Source: a virus (taxonomy: Duplodnaviria > Heunggongvirae > Uroviricota > Caudoviricetes). Taken from it: 5,496 bases of DNA. The stretch is from IMG/VR virus record IMGVR_UViG_2713897140_000005, one strand, 5' to 3'. Numbering within the stretch: the first letter of the stretch is position 1; every line of letters begins with the position of its first letter. Shown here one piece after another: positions 5,377 through 5,496 of the stretch. Under the pieces are notes generated by a model, which was not told where the DNA came from, did no database searches, and worked only from the letters and a program-made list of their open reading frames with translations. The position numbers and the translations under genes are program-made.

Positions 5377-5496
5377 ACCGGAACCAGTGGCGAAGGTGTG
5401 CTATGCACAAATGGTGACGCAGCTCCTGAGTCGTGACCCGTTCGAATGCGTGCTGTGTGGCGGCCGGATGGTATACCGCCGGGCCATCGCGGGACT
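5369..5496 (+). CDS. Cys-rich (zinc-ribbon-like) protein, N-terminal fragment; continues beyond the window
   Basis: Frame is open from 5279 to the window end, so it is not in the ORF track. ATG at 5369 overlaps the RecE-like stop (ATGGATAA); an earlier in-frame ATG at 5288 gives [70 protein letters not shown]-x2-C and further Cys suggest a zinc ribbon. Identity unknown (transposase-like or HNH-like are guesses). Confidence 0.4.
   Translation, partial: MDKPEPVAKVCYAQMVTQLLSRDPFECVLCGGRMVYRRAIAG

Noticed and set aside
4075-5410. Several ORFs inside the recE-like gene (4075..4428 -, 4082..4333 +, 4371..4646 -, 4978..5241 -, 5024..5410 -)
   Set aside because: All lie within or antisense to the 469-aa CDS; low-complexity translations, no independent start signals.
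1-5496. CRISPR array, rRNA or canonical tRNA genes
   Set aside because: No regularly spaced direct repeats of 25-40 bp, no rRNA-like conserved stretches and no cloverleaf were seen.

Overview
The window reads as the immunity / early-left region of a Rac-type lambdoid prophage from an E. coli-like enterobacterium. On the - strand a Cro/YdaS-like HTH gene is translationally coupled to a YdaT-like gene that runs off the 5' edge. Divergent from them on the + strand are a RacR-like XRE repressor, an intrinsic terminator, a promoter flanked by operator-like palindromes, and two tiny ORFs. Next comes an accessory segment: an oppositely oriented 98-aa ORF in the position sieB occupies in Rac/lambda, then about 700 bp of highly structured non-coding DNA (two + strand terminator hairpins, a perfect 22-bp inverted repeat flanking 111 bp, a 17-bp RNA hairpin). 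Downstream is a + strand operon: Rha-family protein, Cys-rich 95-aa protein, 68-aa protein, and a 469-aa ORF I recognise as the N-terminal region of RecE. The RecE-like frame decays abruptly at about 5290, exactly where an unrelated Cys-rich ORF begins in another frame and runs off the 3' edge. No rRNA, tRNA or CRISPR array was found. All family assignments are from reading the translations and from memory; no search was run.
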